A stretch of 63,072 nt of DNA, counting the filler, from Octopus bimaculoides (lineage: Eukaryota): NCBI RefSeq assembly GCF_001194135.2. It is 5 parts of 4 records of this genome, joined end to end, with 100 filler letters (N's around TTAATTAATTAA, not from the genome) between each part and the next. Parts side by side here need not be neighbours in the genome. Positions count along the whole stretch, not along the records: positions 22,898 to 47,824 come from NC_068984.1; positions 47,925 to 52,813 come from NC_068997.1; positions 52,914 to 61,830 come from NC_069001.1; 2 more parts are not named here. One strand, written 5' to 3'. This document shows positions 40,930 to 53,472 of the stretch, piece by piece. Made by a program: the position numbers and the translations under genes. Position 1 is the stretch's first letter, and every line of letters begins with the position of its first letter. The notes beneath the pieces are model-generated. The model searched no databases. It was given only the letters and a program-made list of their open reading frames with translations, and was not told the origin of the DNA.

Positions 40930-42570
40930 TGTCCTCAGAGTAGGGTGTATAAATGTGCACAGGTTAGCTTGTTCACTTGCTCAAAGACCTTGTCGTGAGG
41001 GCAGCGTATGAAGAGGGGTAACCATTCGCAGGACTAAGATCTCTGGAGATGCAGTCGAACCCTTTTTAACGAATACAAGGTATATTTATCTCATGGGCTG
41101 GCAACGTGGCAGTGTTATTCTAAAAATCTTTGGGTATCAAAGTTTGGGCAATCTTCCTAGAACTGTACAGTAAGTTAATGGCGCAGGCCATGATGGCTTC
41201 AAATCAGTGACCAACAGGTGCAAAAGGACTCCATTTTGTCTGACGTCTTGAAGTTTTCTTGAGGACGGACCAATCTCTAGTTTCGACAGGGAACCAGAAT
41301 TGTGCAGGCTAGGACGTATGAAGGTGTTCAAAAGTAAGTTTGAATGTTTCCAACAGTCTTACAGGTACTAACTGGATTTCCCGAGTTTACCTGTGATGAC
41401 AGAGGAACCATAACGGGTCATATCTAGATTAGTGTGTCCACATTTCAAGCTTGTGGGCGACATGCTGTATACGTTTGCAAGCCTCAAGGATAGATTAGCA
41501 AATTAGGAGGTGGTCAACAACGGTGATGGGTTGCCTTGAAGTGAGAAAATAGATGAGAATTGATGGGGTTTAGCAAAGAGCTTGAGGGGGAGCTAATTTG
41601 CAAGAGAGAAAAAACGATTAGCTAAGGCACCAAAGACTGCATTGTCAGAGTTAAAGTCCGCATGCTAAAATACAGAAAAAACTAAAGCTGTTCGAGGAGA
41701 CTAAGTTGCGGCGGCGAGATGTAGAAAGAAGGCTCAGTCTAGTGTCTGACCGCAACAAAACCACAGTCCGAACTGTGGACGAGTGCATTCTAGTCAATTC
41801 CGAACAGAAGGATGCGGCTTTCCAGCAGCACATTGCTCGACCGGTTGTGACGGGTGAGGGTCTAGAGACAGTAGTGGAATGTAGCACCTGCATAGGTAGC
41901 ATCTCTCACCTAACGACAGAAAATGCGAGGCTTTGCAAGAAGATTACAGCAGCCACTGAAATATGGGCTGCACTAATTGGTGAAACGAAGCGAGTGCTGC
42001 CTAGTTTGGAAGCTCTGTTCTTCGACCTATGAGTTCATGCCCACTTGTTTGATGACCTCTTGGTAGATTTCTTCTGCAACCGGTGACATAACCGGAAAAT
42101 CTTCTGAGAAAGGAGTGTGTCCGAATTTTTCGCCGTACTCAACTGTGTGTTCCTTTTCAATAGCACGTATAGTACCTTAAACACAGAGGGGAGAAACGTT
42201 GTTTGCATTGTTCCATTATATCGTGCCAATCCTTAAAATTGAATGTGGCTACAGATGCTAGCTCCTTTTATTTACGTGTGTTGGATTACAAACAATAGAT
42301 TGAAAATTCAAATGTTACGGTAAAAGCAGTTACCTCCCCTGTAATGGGTCACCAAATGAAGTTATTTCCCCTGAAGCACTTCGTAGATTATCTTCCACTT
42401 TGTGTACTGTGTCACTTTTAAGTTGGAACCCAATTCAATAGGTATGTGCGCCACCTTTTCAAGATTTCCCCGTTGAAGATATTAGCTGTGAACATCAATA
42501 AATAATTATGCTCTACAACATGAGTATTTTTTTACTTATATGAAATATGTGTGCGTAAATTCTCACTATA
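40930..42570 (+). mobile_element. Decayed TE-like segment with remnant coding frame, family unassigned
   Basis: CpG-retaining ~45% GC-looking island. The + frame 41622-42225 has only about 4 stops in ~200 codons; the segment ends in aaattctcac(TA)n. No motif recognised. Confidence 0.4.
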
Positions 42571-42592
42571 TATATATATATATATATACAAC

Positions 42593-42958
42593 TGCAGCGT
42601 GGAAGGGACACCACCTTGAAGGGTTTAGTCAAACAAAACGATCCCAGTACTTATTTCTAAGCTTGGTTCTCTTGGTGTCTTTTTTGTATGTCGAACGGCC
42701 ATGTTACGGGGACGTAAACAAACCAATACCTGTTGTCAAGCGGTGGTGGGGTACAAACACAAAGATACATACATAGATATGTGCAAATATATATATATAT
42801 GATGGGTTTCTTTCAGTTTCCATCTACCAAATCCACTCACTAGGCTTTGGTTGGCTCGTGGCTGTAGTAGAAGACACTTGCCCAAGATGCTATGTAGTGG
42901 GACGGAATTTAAAACCATGTGGCTGGGAAGCACGCTTCTTACTACACAGCCATGCCAG
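42593..42958 (-). mobile_element. SINE family A
   Basis: gggtttctttcagtttccatctaccaaatccactcac...cttactacacagcc. Confidence 0.85.
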
Positions 42959-43519
42959 AGCCTATCCATACAGCCAAAAAACTTTCTTGTATTTACTTTT
43001 CCTTGCTGGCATGAGTTGGACGGGTCTTGCACGGCTCCTCAAATCAGTTCTTATTTGGAGTTATTATCATTCTAGATCTGTTAGTTGTTATTGTTAGTGT
43101 TAGTAAGGTGTATCTTGCTTGCACACTCCATTTATTTATGTATAATTTAACTCGGTCGACTTAAAAACTAACACTGACAAATAATGTTTTTTTTTCTGTT
43201 TAAAAGTATCAGCATGTTGGAATAAATTAGAAAAAAAGCAGCAAAATTCATTACAAGTTGATTGATAAAAGCTTTTCTCATAAGCTAACATGTGCTGATT
43301 CAGTAACCAAATATAGGGATTATTGTCTCTGTAATCTGTTTTGGTATTATTATTAGGTTGTTTCACATGAAATGTCGCATTTTTAATTACTTGTTATTTC
43401 AGTTATTTAAAAATCTCAATTATATATACCTTGCATTTAATCTTGACTCTTTTTCTATCCCAACAATATTGACATACAAAATTCATACCTACAGACCTTA
43501 TGAAAATTATAACAAAGTA

Positions 43520-44075
43520 TGTTGAGTGGTTTTCTTAAATGAGTACAAACTAGGTTACTCTGCCGTAGAAACTCTATGGAATATCAAGCAGGCCTTTGGT
43601 AATAGTTTTGTTGACATCAGAACTGTTTAGAGATGGTTCCAAAGCTTTTGTTGACAAGATGATAGCCTTGAAAATAAACCAAGGAGTAGGCCAAAATCAG
43701 TTATTTGGCATGATGGATTAAATGCTTTGGGTGAACAAAATCCGAGAATAAAGGCTCGAAAACTTTCGTCAGAACTCCAAACATCCCACACAACTGTTTT
43801 TGGACACCTATAAAAAAATTGGAAAAGTCAAGAAAATGGATAGGTTTGTTCCACATCAACTGAACGAGATTAAAAAAAAAACAGACGCCTCAGAGTGTGC
43901 TCCTTATTGCTTTCTCATCTGGAAAAAGACCATTTTTGCATCAAATTATTACTTGTGATGAGAAATGGATACTCTTTGACAACAGCAGGAGAACAGGACA
44001 GTGATTAGATGCAGGAGTGTCACCTAAACACTACTCAAACCCACCGTTGCACCCTAAAAAAGTTAGTGGTCATTG
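43520..44075 (+). mobile_element. Mariner transposase remnant (WVPHEL-type)
   Basis: EYKLGYSAVETLWNIKQAFG, FVPHQL (~43845), IITCDEKWI (~43950) and LHPKKV (~44050), with stops and frameshifts. Confidence 0.88.
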
Positions 44076-44682
44076 TCATCTGTTTTTTTCAGATCAGATG
44101 ACCAAATTAAATTATTCACATATTACAGCAGTGCTACACCATATGGTTCAAGTGACTCAAGTTTTGGTAGTCTATAGTGAATTTCATAAAACCAAAGCAG
44201 TCACAAATTTTTAATGTGAAGTCTGCCTCCGATCTGCAGGACACTGAGGTTGCAGTTTATACAGATTTTCAAGATTTTTAAGCTGAAATTACAAGGCTTG
44301 AATGAGATGCCAGTTTGTCATAAGGTTGAATCCTACTGGCAACCAGGATCCAACCTAGTTGTCAGCTGAATGTTCTAAAGCAGTATGAAGTATGTTACTC
44401 GAGTACATAATGTGGCACCTGGCCAGATTGTAAACAAAAGTATTAAATTTATATCTTATTTTATATAATATATTAAATTTGTTAATCTGAAATATTTATG
44501 TCCTACTAAATTGTTCGTTAAAGTAATTAGAAGTAAATTCGTATTTGGTCGTTCACGAAAATGTTCTCGTGAATTTTGTGAAGCTCCTTCTGAAAAAGGT
44601 TGTACATCACTGCTATACTGTATTGAGGACTTTTGCTGTCCTTCATTACTTTGATGTGTGCGCGCGCACCTGTGTGTGTATG

Positions 44683-44792
<110 letters not shown>

Positions 44793-45950
44793 GAAAGGAT
44801 ATATATATATACATAAAGGAACATAAAGCAAAATTAATGGCGATTTATACACACACATATGTATGTACATACATACACTCATATGCATGAGTGTGAGTGT
44901 TTAAGTCACGTTTAAAGAACAGGGAATGGAGCTATTTGCGAGTACTTGTTCAGAGTGTGTCACGTTTATTAATATTAAGTAAATAGTTCTGTTGTAAACA
45001 GGTGTGTCGTAACAGAGAAAAGGTTTGAAACTAGAAAGTATGTGGTGAGAGGTAAAATGTAAAGAGAATTAGATTTGAAAGAATAGTAACTGTGTCTATT
45101 ATCTGAATCACAAATTGAAAAGATAGGAAAATAGATGTGAACACATACTGAAATTTATAAATCTAGAAACAAGAACAACACCAACAATTCAAATAAGTTT
45201 GTTCGGAATGCTTGAAATAATAAGTGACCATTAAATTCACCCCTACTACCCCATAAAAGGGAATGGTATGGTACATTGGATAGTGTAGTCCTAGATAAAT
45301 TGTGTCTGATTAGAAAAAAAATTGAAAAACTGGGTGGTTACAATTAGAATTGTAAGTTTGTTTAATCATAGTTGAACTGAGGATAAACAACTGCAACTAA
45401 AATTAATACACATGTAAATTATTGGGATGTTTTTATATAATTTTTTTACATTTGGTATTTTTGTTGGTGTTTATAAACCAATAAAGAGAAAGCGTTTGAG
45501 GCCAGGCAAAGTTGGTGTTTAAGGGACAACTAGGAGGAATGTAAAACTTTATGAGGGAAAGAGAGAGGGAGAATGAGAGGGACTGAAATAAGACAGGTTC
45601 ACTAATGAAAGATCTACATACTAGCTTGACCTGTTAGAAAACAGCTGCTAAATCTTCCAATAATATCCTCTTTCTTTTATAAAAATGGACACTTAGGATT
45701 ATGTGACCCTACAGTGTAGTATGCAAGATAAAAGCCCAAGTTCTGACATAGCAATAATAAAGGATATGTTTCTAAGAATTTAGGTTAAATTAACTGTTAT
45801 CTTAAAAAATTTGAGACAACATGTAACACTACATATATGTGGATGAATCTATATACTCATGGTTCTTGATTGCATATATGCATCTGTAGCCCTGGAAAAA
45901 GTATATGTATTTCCAATGAGAAGCACTTCCCATCGCCAACTGGTGGTTGT

Positions 45951-45994
45951 CACATGCTGATGGCAGTCAATACCCAGAAGCTCAGGTCCATGTG
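45951..45994 (+). ncRNA. Degenerate type I hammerhead (unit 1)
   Basis: CACAUG-CUGAUGG-cagucaauaccca-GAAGC-ucag-GUC-CAUGUG. Perfect 6-bp stem I; core and stem II damaged. Confidence 0.7.
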
Positions 45995-46305
45995 TATCAT
46001 GTCAGGCTGGAAATGGGAACGACGACTTCCCTTTGCAAATACTGATAGGGCACAGATAGTGTGTCAATAGCCAGCTGGAGGAGATGTCTTCCTGAGGCTA
46101 CAAGCTGCAGTAGCATCAACCCTTAAGGGTTAGCGACATTTAGGTGGTAAATATACTTCACGGTGTCATTCAGCTACTGATTATACCTCACTCAGAGATT
46201 TATTATTGCTTGTTTCTACTTTTTCGAGATAAGTGAATTTTCGTCAATGGAAAAAGTATATATATTTGCATTGAGAACCACTTCCCATTGCCAACCGATG
46301 TTTGT

Positions 46306-46350
46306 CACACGATAGTGATGGGTCAATACCCAGAAACTTGGGTCCGTGTG
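46306..46350 (+). ncRNA. Degenerate type I hammerhead (unit 2)
   Basis: CACACG-auaguga-UGGG-ucaaua-CCCA-GAAAC-uugg-GUC-CGUGUG. Stems I and II, GAAAC and GUC intact; CUGAUGA box mutated. Confidence 0.7.
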
Positions 46351-46655
46351 TATGACATCAGGCTGGAGATGGGAACGATGACTTCCCTTTGAAAATACTG
46401 ATAAAGCACAGAGTGTGTCAATATCCAGCTGGAGGAGATATCTTCCTGGGGCTACAAGCATCAACCCTTAAGGTTTAGCCACATTTAAGTGGAAAATATA
46501 CTCCATGATATATGTATGTATATATGTGTAAATATATGTATGAATATAAGTATGTATATGTATATATGAATGTATGTATATATATGTATGTTTATAAATG
46601 TATGTATATATATATTTGTATGTATATATGTATGTCTAAATATGTATGTATGTAT

Positions 46656-46687
<32 letters not shown>

Positions 46688-46710
46688 TTTGTATATATAT
46701 ATATGTTTAT

Positions 46711-46742
<32 letters not shown>

Positions 46743-47363
46743 GTATATATATATGTATATGTATATGTATGTATATGTACATCTACTAGTGTATATATAT
46801 ATGTATATGTATATGTATGTATATGTACATCTACTAGTGTATATATATATGTATATGTATATGTATGTATATGTACATCTACTAGTGTTCAAAAAAATAA
46901 TAATTTTTCTATCGTCTTCGCCTAACAGCCTTTTTTGTTTGTTTTCACTGTCTTCTTTTTACTGTCTTGTTCTCACTGTCCTGTTCTTGTTAACACTTTC
47001 ACCCTCCGCAAAAAATTCCAAATTTTATTTGGTTTGCTTTGCGGGAAGGACTGTTCCAACGAAGTCGCGTATTGTCCTTGCCTTCAAAATGCGGAGTAGA
47101 TGGACAGAGACAACTGATGAAGGAAATATTCTTTATGTTGCATGTCTCGTCTCTCTGTTTTTTTCGTTGTTCGAAAAAAAGTTCGTTTTCTGTTTTCATT
47201 TCTCATTGTGTTTTTGTGATGTCCTGTACCCATATATGCATGTACGTATACATATAGATGTAGGTATGCACATATATGTATGGATAGATGCATATATTCA
47301 TATATCATTTATATTATTATATATATAAATACATTTATACTTATATTGTATTCTTTCTTTTAT

Positions 47364-47760
47364 TCTTTTACTTGTTTCAGTCATTTTGACTGTGGCCATT
47401 CTTGAGCACCGTCTTTATAGTCGAGCAAATCGGCCCCAGGACTTATTCTTTGTAAGCATAGTACTTACTCTATCAGTCTCTTTTTGCCGAACCGCTAAAC
47501 ACACCAGCATCGGTTGTCAAGTGATATTGGAAGGACAAGCACAGACACACAAACATACACACACACACACATGCATATATATACATACATATATACAACG
47601 GGCTTCTTTCTGTTTCCACCTACCAAATCCACTCACAAGGCTTTGGTCGACCCGAGGCTATAGTAGAAGACACTTGCCCAAGGTGCCATGCAGTGGTACT
47701 GAACCCGGAACCATGTGGTTGGCAAGCAAGCTACTTACCACACAGCCACTCCTTCGCCTA
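47364..47760 (-). mobile_element. SINE family A, near full length
   Basis: tcttttacttgtttcagtcattttgactgtggcc ... ccacacagccactccttcgccta. Confidence 0.9.
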
Positions 47761-47789
47761 TATACATATATATATTTATACATATATAT

Positions 47790-47824
<35 letters not shown>

Positions 47825-48015
47825 NNNNNNNNNNNNNNNNNNNNNNNNNNNNNNNNNNNNNNNNNNNNTTAATTAATTAANNNNNNNNNNNNNNNNNNNN
47901 NNNNNNNNNNNNNNNNNNNNNNNNATATATATATATATAATAAACTTGGCTTATTCATAATTTACAACCGAAAGGCAGAAGTATAGACGTCACTAACGGG
48001 ACTAAAACTATTGGC

Positions 48016-48093
48016 TGGCACCAGCATTGCTAGAAATAAAAGTCAAAACAACTCATATTCCTTTGACTATTATTTCTAGCAATGCTGGTGCTA
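48016..48093. repeat. Near-perfect inverted repeat (30-bp arms, 14-nt loop)
   Basis: gcaccagcattgctagaaataaaagtcaaa (48018-47) vs tttgactattatttctagcaatgctggtgc (48062-91): 29/30 complementary. Confidence 0.95.
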
Positions 48094-50356
48094 ACTTGTA
48101 CCATTGATAATTTTATATATGACAGGCTTCATCCAGTTTCTCTCTACGAAGCACATCACAATGTTTTGATCGGCTCATGTCTATAGTATATGACCCTTGC
48201 CCAAGATACCACACAGTGTAACATAACTCATAACCCATGTAGTTTGGAAACAAACTTCTTAGTACACTGACCTGCCAGCGCCTATTTTTAGTGCAGATTC
48301 ATTTACATACACACATTTCCACAAAATCACACACTCTTTTGACTACGTAGAACATCATATTTAACGATATTTGAACGTTTAACATGAGTAGATAATAAGA
48401 TGATAATAGTAGTTTGTGCAAACTATTGTACGATGTCAGTGCTTGCTTAAGGTGTAAGATTTACGCAGTAATTTCAAGCAAGATTATGTTTAAGAAAAGA
48501 ATTTTATGATAATTTCATTGATTAATTTGCAATTTGATACCAAGTGAACAAGTACACAATATTATTAATAACTTTTCTTTATTTTTAGTTATTTTCTTTT
48601 TCGATTTATGAGCTCACATTTTCTTCGTCATTTAGTTATATTAAAAATATTTCGAAAATCTATTTTGTTTCACAGAAATTTTATTTCTTTTGTTTCATTT
48701 CCTAAATAATTATTGACTTCATGTGTTTAATATTAGTGTTGATACAGAATTTTAATTGTGAAAATTAGTCCTTGATTGAATAATTTTAAATATCTCCGAA
48801 TTGTGACCCAGAATATTCTTTATGATATATAAACAGTCAGGTTATGTCTCTCTATCTCCCCTCTGTCACAAAAAATGTATATATACATACATACGTATGT
48901 TTGTATATGTTTGGAGAGAGAGAGAGAGGAGGAGGAGGAGGAGATTCAATGATGTGATCCTATGTACCAACACACATTCACGAAGTAAGAATTGTCCTAT
49001 AAAAATATATGGTTCACCGCACCTTTCTCACTAAATGATTTGCACAAATTGGGAAAAAGTTGATAGCCTTCTTACATAAGCATTTCCTTGCCATCCGTGG
49101 ATATAGAAATATCTTTAATAGACTTTTAATAGGCGTTATCTGATAAACTACAAGATACGCTATAGCTGCAATGCCAATATTAAGACAATGACGTTACATA
49201 GATGCATGAAACTAACTATTGTAAAAAGTGCGTGGACAAATGCAGATTCTTGCCTACAGGATACGGTATGGAACATTAGTTCCGCAGCATACAAATCCGA
49301 AGTCACCTCAAACAAATAAAATAAAATGAATGATAAGAAAACTATTTTCGTATGTATGGGAGTGATTTCAAGCATGTATTTTATAATCACATATCATCAT
49401 TCATCCACACGAAAGAAATACGACGACATTAGCAAATCACATCTGGTAACTGAGGGGCAACATAATGCTTATACCATCAAATGGTGTCCCTTAGAAAGAT
49501 CAATGCTGTACGTGAATGTATCAAATCATATGCAAACTCTTAAAATGAGAAGGAACTTATGTTCTGATAAAATCGATGTGTCAAAATAGATATTTAAATT
49601 TCATAACTGAAATTGTCAACAGATATATCCATCAAGACAAGTTAATCTGATCTATTTGGAAAACAATTCCTATTACGTGTATAATTCGAATTTCTATGCT
49701 GTGACAAACGTACAAAGTAGCACCAAATTCGGCATGTCGACAAAAGACAGAAACGAAATACGAATTTACTTGAATATTCAAAACAGCTATAACATTACAT
49801 GCACTAACAAAAAGAGAAATAAAGACAGATGTTAAACGATGCACTATACTTTCAAATGCACTTGCAACATCTGTGTTCCAAATAACTACAATGGTGAAAC
49901 GTACGTAGAAACTAATAAATTTTAAAATTGTACTTTTAATTTTCTACTACCATTACTTAAAAGATACGATTTCTGCTATATAAGAAAACCTTCCTCTGTT
50001 TACGAAAGTGAATAATTGCTGACGTTGTAAGAGGAACAACCAATGTTTTAAATACTAGTTACTGGCTATTCGAGGCAAAACAAACAATTACTTTGAATTA
50101 ATGCTTATTCTCATTATTGCACGTATTGAAAAAAAAAAAAAAACATGTCTCAAGTCTGAAAAGAGAAATGCTGGTGAAAAGTGACAACGGTATAAGCTAA
50201 TCTATGTTTCTTTCAACTGAAATTAAACATAACTGTTTTTTCTCAAATAAAATATATAAAATATTTATAAGTCAGTAAAGTATTTGATAGATATACACAA
50301 AAGAATCATTTTGTTATATATATCTAAATTTATGTGCGTGTGGTTATACGTGTGTG

Positions 50357-50395
<39 letters not shown>

Positions 50396-50396
50396 T

Positions 50397-50796
50397 AGAA
50401 TATTATATATATTTTCGAACGAAGATTTAGCAGTGCCATCTCAGCCAAAGTATTATTCTGTGCCGACGAAGGGAAATAACCCTGAAACCGTGCAGTCCAC
50501 AGAAACTGCTTTGTGCTAGGTGGGGGTGCTAAACTCCTCTGTTCGAAAATATGAGGACACAGATTGTGTAATATAGTCAGCTGGAGACAATGTCTCCTGG
50601 GGCTAAACAACAGGAGCATTAATCCCAACCGGGACTGCCACATCAGGCTGGCAGATAGCCTTTACTTTAAAGTACTACTACTGAATATCTCTCGTTGAGA
50701 AATTTTGGAGCAATAATGTTTCTGTTTATTAGATCTGTAACTGTGTGTCAGAATATTATGTTTTCGAAGGAGGATTTAGCAGCGCCAACTCAGTAG
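50397..50796 (+). mobile_element. Retrozyme-like element: ~353-bp unit plus partial direct repeat
   Basis: agaatattat...ttttcgaa.ga.gatttagcag.gcca.ctcag occurs at 50397 and again at 50750. The unit holds the HHR inside an inverted repeat (50409-50433 vs 50527-50552). Confidence 0.75.
50456..50504 (+). ncRNA. Type I hammerhead ribozyme (U4C core variant)
   Basis: Stem I UUCUGUG (50456-62)/CACAGAA (50498-504); core CCGACGA (50463-69); stem II AGGG/CCCU with loop AAAUAA; GAAAC (50484-88); stem III AC/GU with loop CGUGCA; GUC cleavage triplet 50495-97. Confidence 0.85.
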
Positions 50797-51770
50797 CATA
50801 GTTATGTTATAAAAAGTTTTTTTAGGGAATATTTCTAAAAGAAATATTCCAGCGTCGGAAAGTTACCAATTTAGCAAACATTACTATGCATCACCAATTT
50901 TAAAATTGACAAGCAATAGAAAAATGTCACATTGAAAAATAAGATGAAAAACGTTATTTAAACTCGTTTTGGCTTCAGGTGCTTGATGATCCTTCGTTGA
51001 CTGTGGAAAGGCCATATTTCAGGTTGTTAAATTTGGAGTTTTGATTATATGTATATGAATGGGTAAATTGATGCGTGTGAGTGTATGTATGTGCGCGCGT
51101 GTGACTGCGTGTGTACAGGTTAAATAAGACTTGAGTCGTGACAGGTATGTGTATTCACCTGTATAAATGTGATCGTGTGTATGTGTGCATTTGCGCGTAT
51201 GTATATATGGGCGAGACGGAGGTAGTTAGGATATGTTTACATGATTGACATATCTGTGTGTGTAAGTGAGTGCGCGCGCCTGTGTTTGTGTATTTACGTA
51301 TGTGATTGTTTGTATATATATGTACATATGTATATGTATGTGTGCTTTAGACTCAGTCTGTTAGTGTATGTATCCGTAAATGTGTTTGTTTTTTCATTAT
51401 TTCTTTTTATTTGTGCTGATGAAAAACACTTTTCATCTTTGAATTTTTTATTAGCATCTGTTTTTATTTATTTAGTATCTGTGATTACTTTTTATTGTCT
51501 TTGTGATGTTTTATTCTTTTGTGTATTGTTTTATATATCATTTACTCTATTTTGTTTTATTGTTTTATGTTTTATTATTGTATCGTCGAAGAAAGAGAAG
51601 ACAAATCTTATTAAACCCGTTATTTTTCTAAATTCTTACAAGTCGAAGCTTCACTATCACTGTCATTTTTCCTGGTTGTCTCTCTATTTTCCCATGCTCA
51701 TTTTTCTTTCTACTTCTCTCTTCCTTTCTTTCTTTATTCCTCTTTCACTCTCTTGCTCTCTCTCTCTCTT

Positions 51771-51804
<34 letters not shown>

Positions 51805-51814
51805 NNNNNNNNNN

Positions 51815-51858
<44 letters not shown>

Positions 51859-52357
51859 TTTCAATATTTCTTTAGTTCATCTATCTCTTTGTTCTCTTAC
51901 TTGATCCCTCTCCATCTCTTCAGCATCCCTTGATCTTCCGTCAGAGCCATATGTCCTTTTTCTTACACTTTCTCTCTCCATCTTTTTCCTTTCCTCATTT
52001 CTTTCTTTCTTTCTTTCTTTCTCTCTCTCTCTCTCTCTCTCCCCATCTTTATTTAGTGTTTCTATCATATTTTTCTCTTACTTACTCCTTCTTCATCACT
52101 TCAGCATCCCTTCATCTTCCTTCTGACTAATTTGCCCTCCTTTCTCTCACCCTTCCCCTCTCAAACTCTTTCACGCTCTCTCTTTCTCTTTCTCTCTCTC
52201 TCAATTATTATCTTCTGTCGTTTCAATCTTTCTACATCTTTACCATTGCCATATTTCATCGGTCGTTTTCTTCTACAGTGTCAGATTACAAGTTTCACTT
52301 CTTTGGGGTTTATGCCATTTTCCCACTCTCTCTAACACACACGCACACGCATACACG

Positions 52358-52388
<31 letters not shown>

Positions 52389-52439
52389 ACTCACACGCAC
52401 ACATATAACTTACACGTACACAGGAACATGTCAGTTCCT

Positions 52440-52540
52440 TCCCACCAAGAGCAAGTGTCTTCTACTATAGCCTCGGGTCGACCAAAGCCTTGTGAGTAGA
52501 TTTGGTAGACGGAAACTGAAAGAAGCCCGTCGTATATATG
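52440..52540 (+). mobile_element. SINE family A fragment
   Basis: gcaagtgtcttctactatagcctcgggtcgaccaaagccttgtgagtagatttggtagacggaaactg. Confidence 0.8.
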
Positions 52541-52951
52541 TGTGTGTATATATATATGACCATACGTGTACTGATGAACAAATGAATACAGGTTACTTCA
52601 CAGTTTTTTCTGTATTTGATTGCGAAGCCAGTGGTCTACCGTTGAGTTAAATGTTTTTAAGAGATACATTTTGAAAAGCTGCATTCCCTCGCTTTCGGTA
52701 AATATGTTACTTATTTTTAGTAGTTTTTTTACTTATTTAGTCCCTCGATAGCGTGTGGCATTGATGCACAGTTAATGCCCTTTATATATTATTAAATATA
52801 TCTATGAAGAAACNNNNNNNNNNNNNNNNNNNNNNNNNNNNNNNNNNNNNNNNNNNNTTAATTAATTAANNNNNNNNNNNNNNNNNNNNNNNNNNNNNNN
52901 NNNNNNNNNNNNNCGGTAGTGAAGTGAAAGCACGTTATAAAAATAAAACTA

Positions 52952-52955
<4 letters not shown>

Positions 52956-53041
<86 letters not shown>

Positions 53042-53087
53042 AAGAAGAAGAAGAAGAAGAAGAAGAAGAAGAAGAAGAAGAAGAAGG
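52956..53087. repeat. (AAT)n-(AAG)n compound microsatellite
   Basis: Directly visible. Confidence 0.95.
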
Positions 53088-53104
53088 ACAGATTTGCCAA
53101 AACA

Positions 53105-53397
53105 AATGTAACAGGAGAAAAGTTAAAAAGTGTCTTGTCTTGAAAGAGATGTCAAATTGAAAATCACTTGGATAACATTTGATCCAGGGATTTTAGCTAT
53201 AACGTTTCACTGCACTTCATGCCAGAATGTGCACTTAGCTAAATACTTGTATTGAGACAGATGTCCCTGAATGGATGACGAAAGGCAGGACGATATTGAT
53301 ACTGAAAGATTATAAAGTAAGAAATAATAGCAAGTAAGCACCGACCTACTACTTGCCTTCTACTGATGTGGAAGTTACTAACAGGTGTTAATGCAAA

Positions 53398-53472
<75 letters not shown>

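Larger units (their letters stand above)
45893..46506 (+). mobile_element. Retrozyme-like tandem dimer (355-bp period), homologous to the 50397 element
   Basis: tggaaaaagtata starts units at 45893 and 46248, and the units align throughout. Each carries a decayed HHR and the block cacaga..gtgt..aata..cagctggag...at.tct.cctg.ggcta shared with ~50558-50605. Confidence 0.75.

Noticed and set aside
44527-44650. Minus-strand [39 protein letters not shown] as a small protein
   Set aside because: Short, no recognisable family and no convincing splice signals.
47100-47140. CTGATGA plus short AGGAA/TTCTT stem
   Set aside because: No GAAA or cleavage triplet follows; at best half of a hammerhead.
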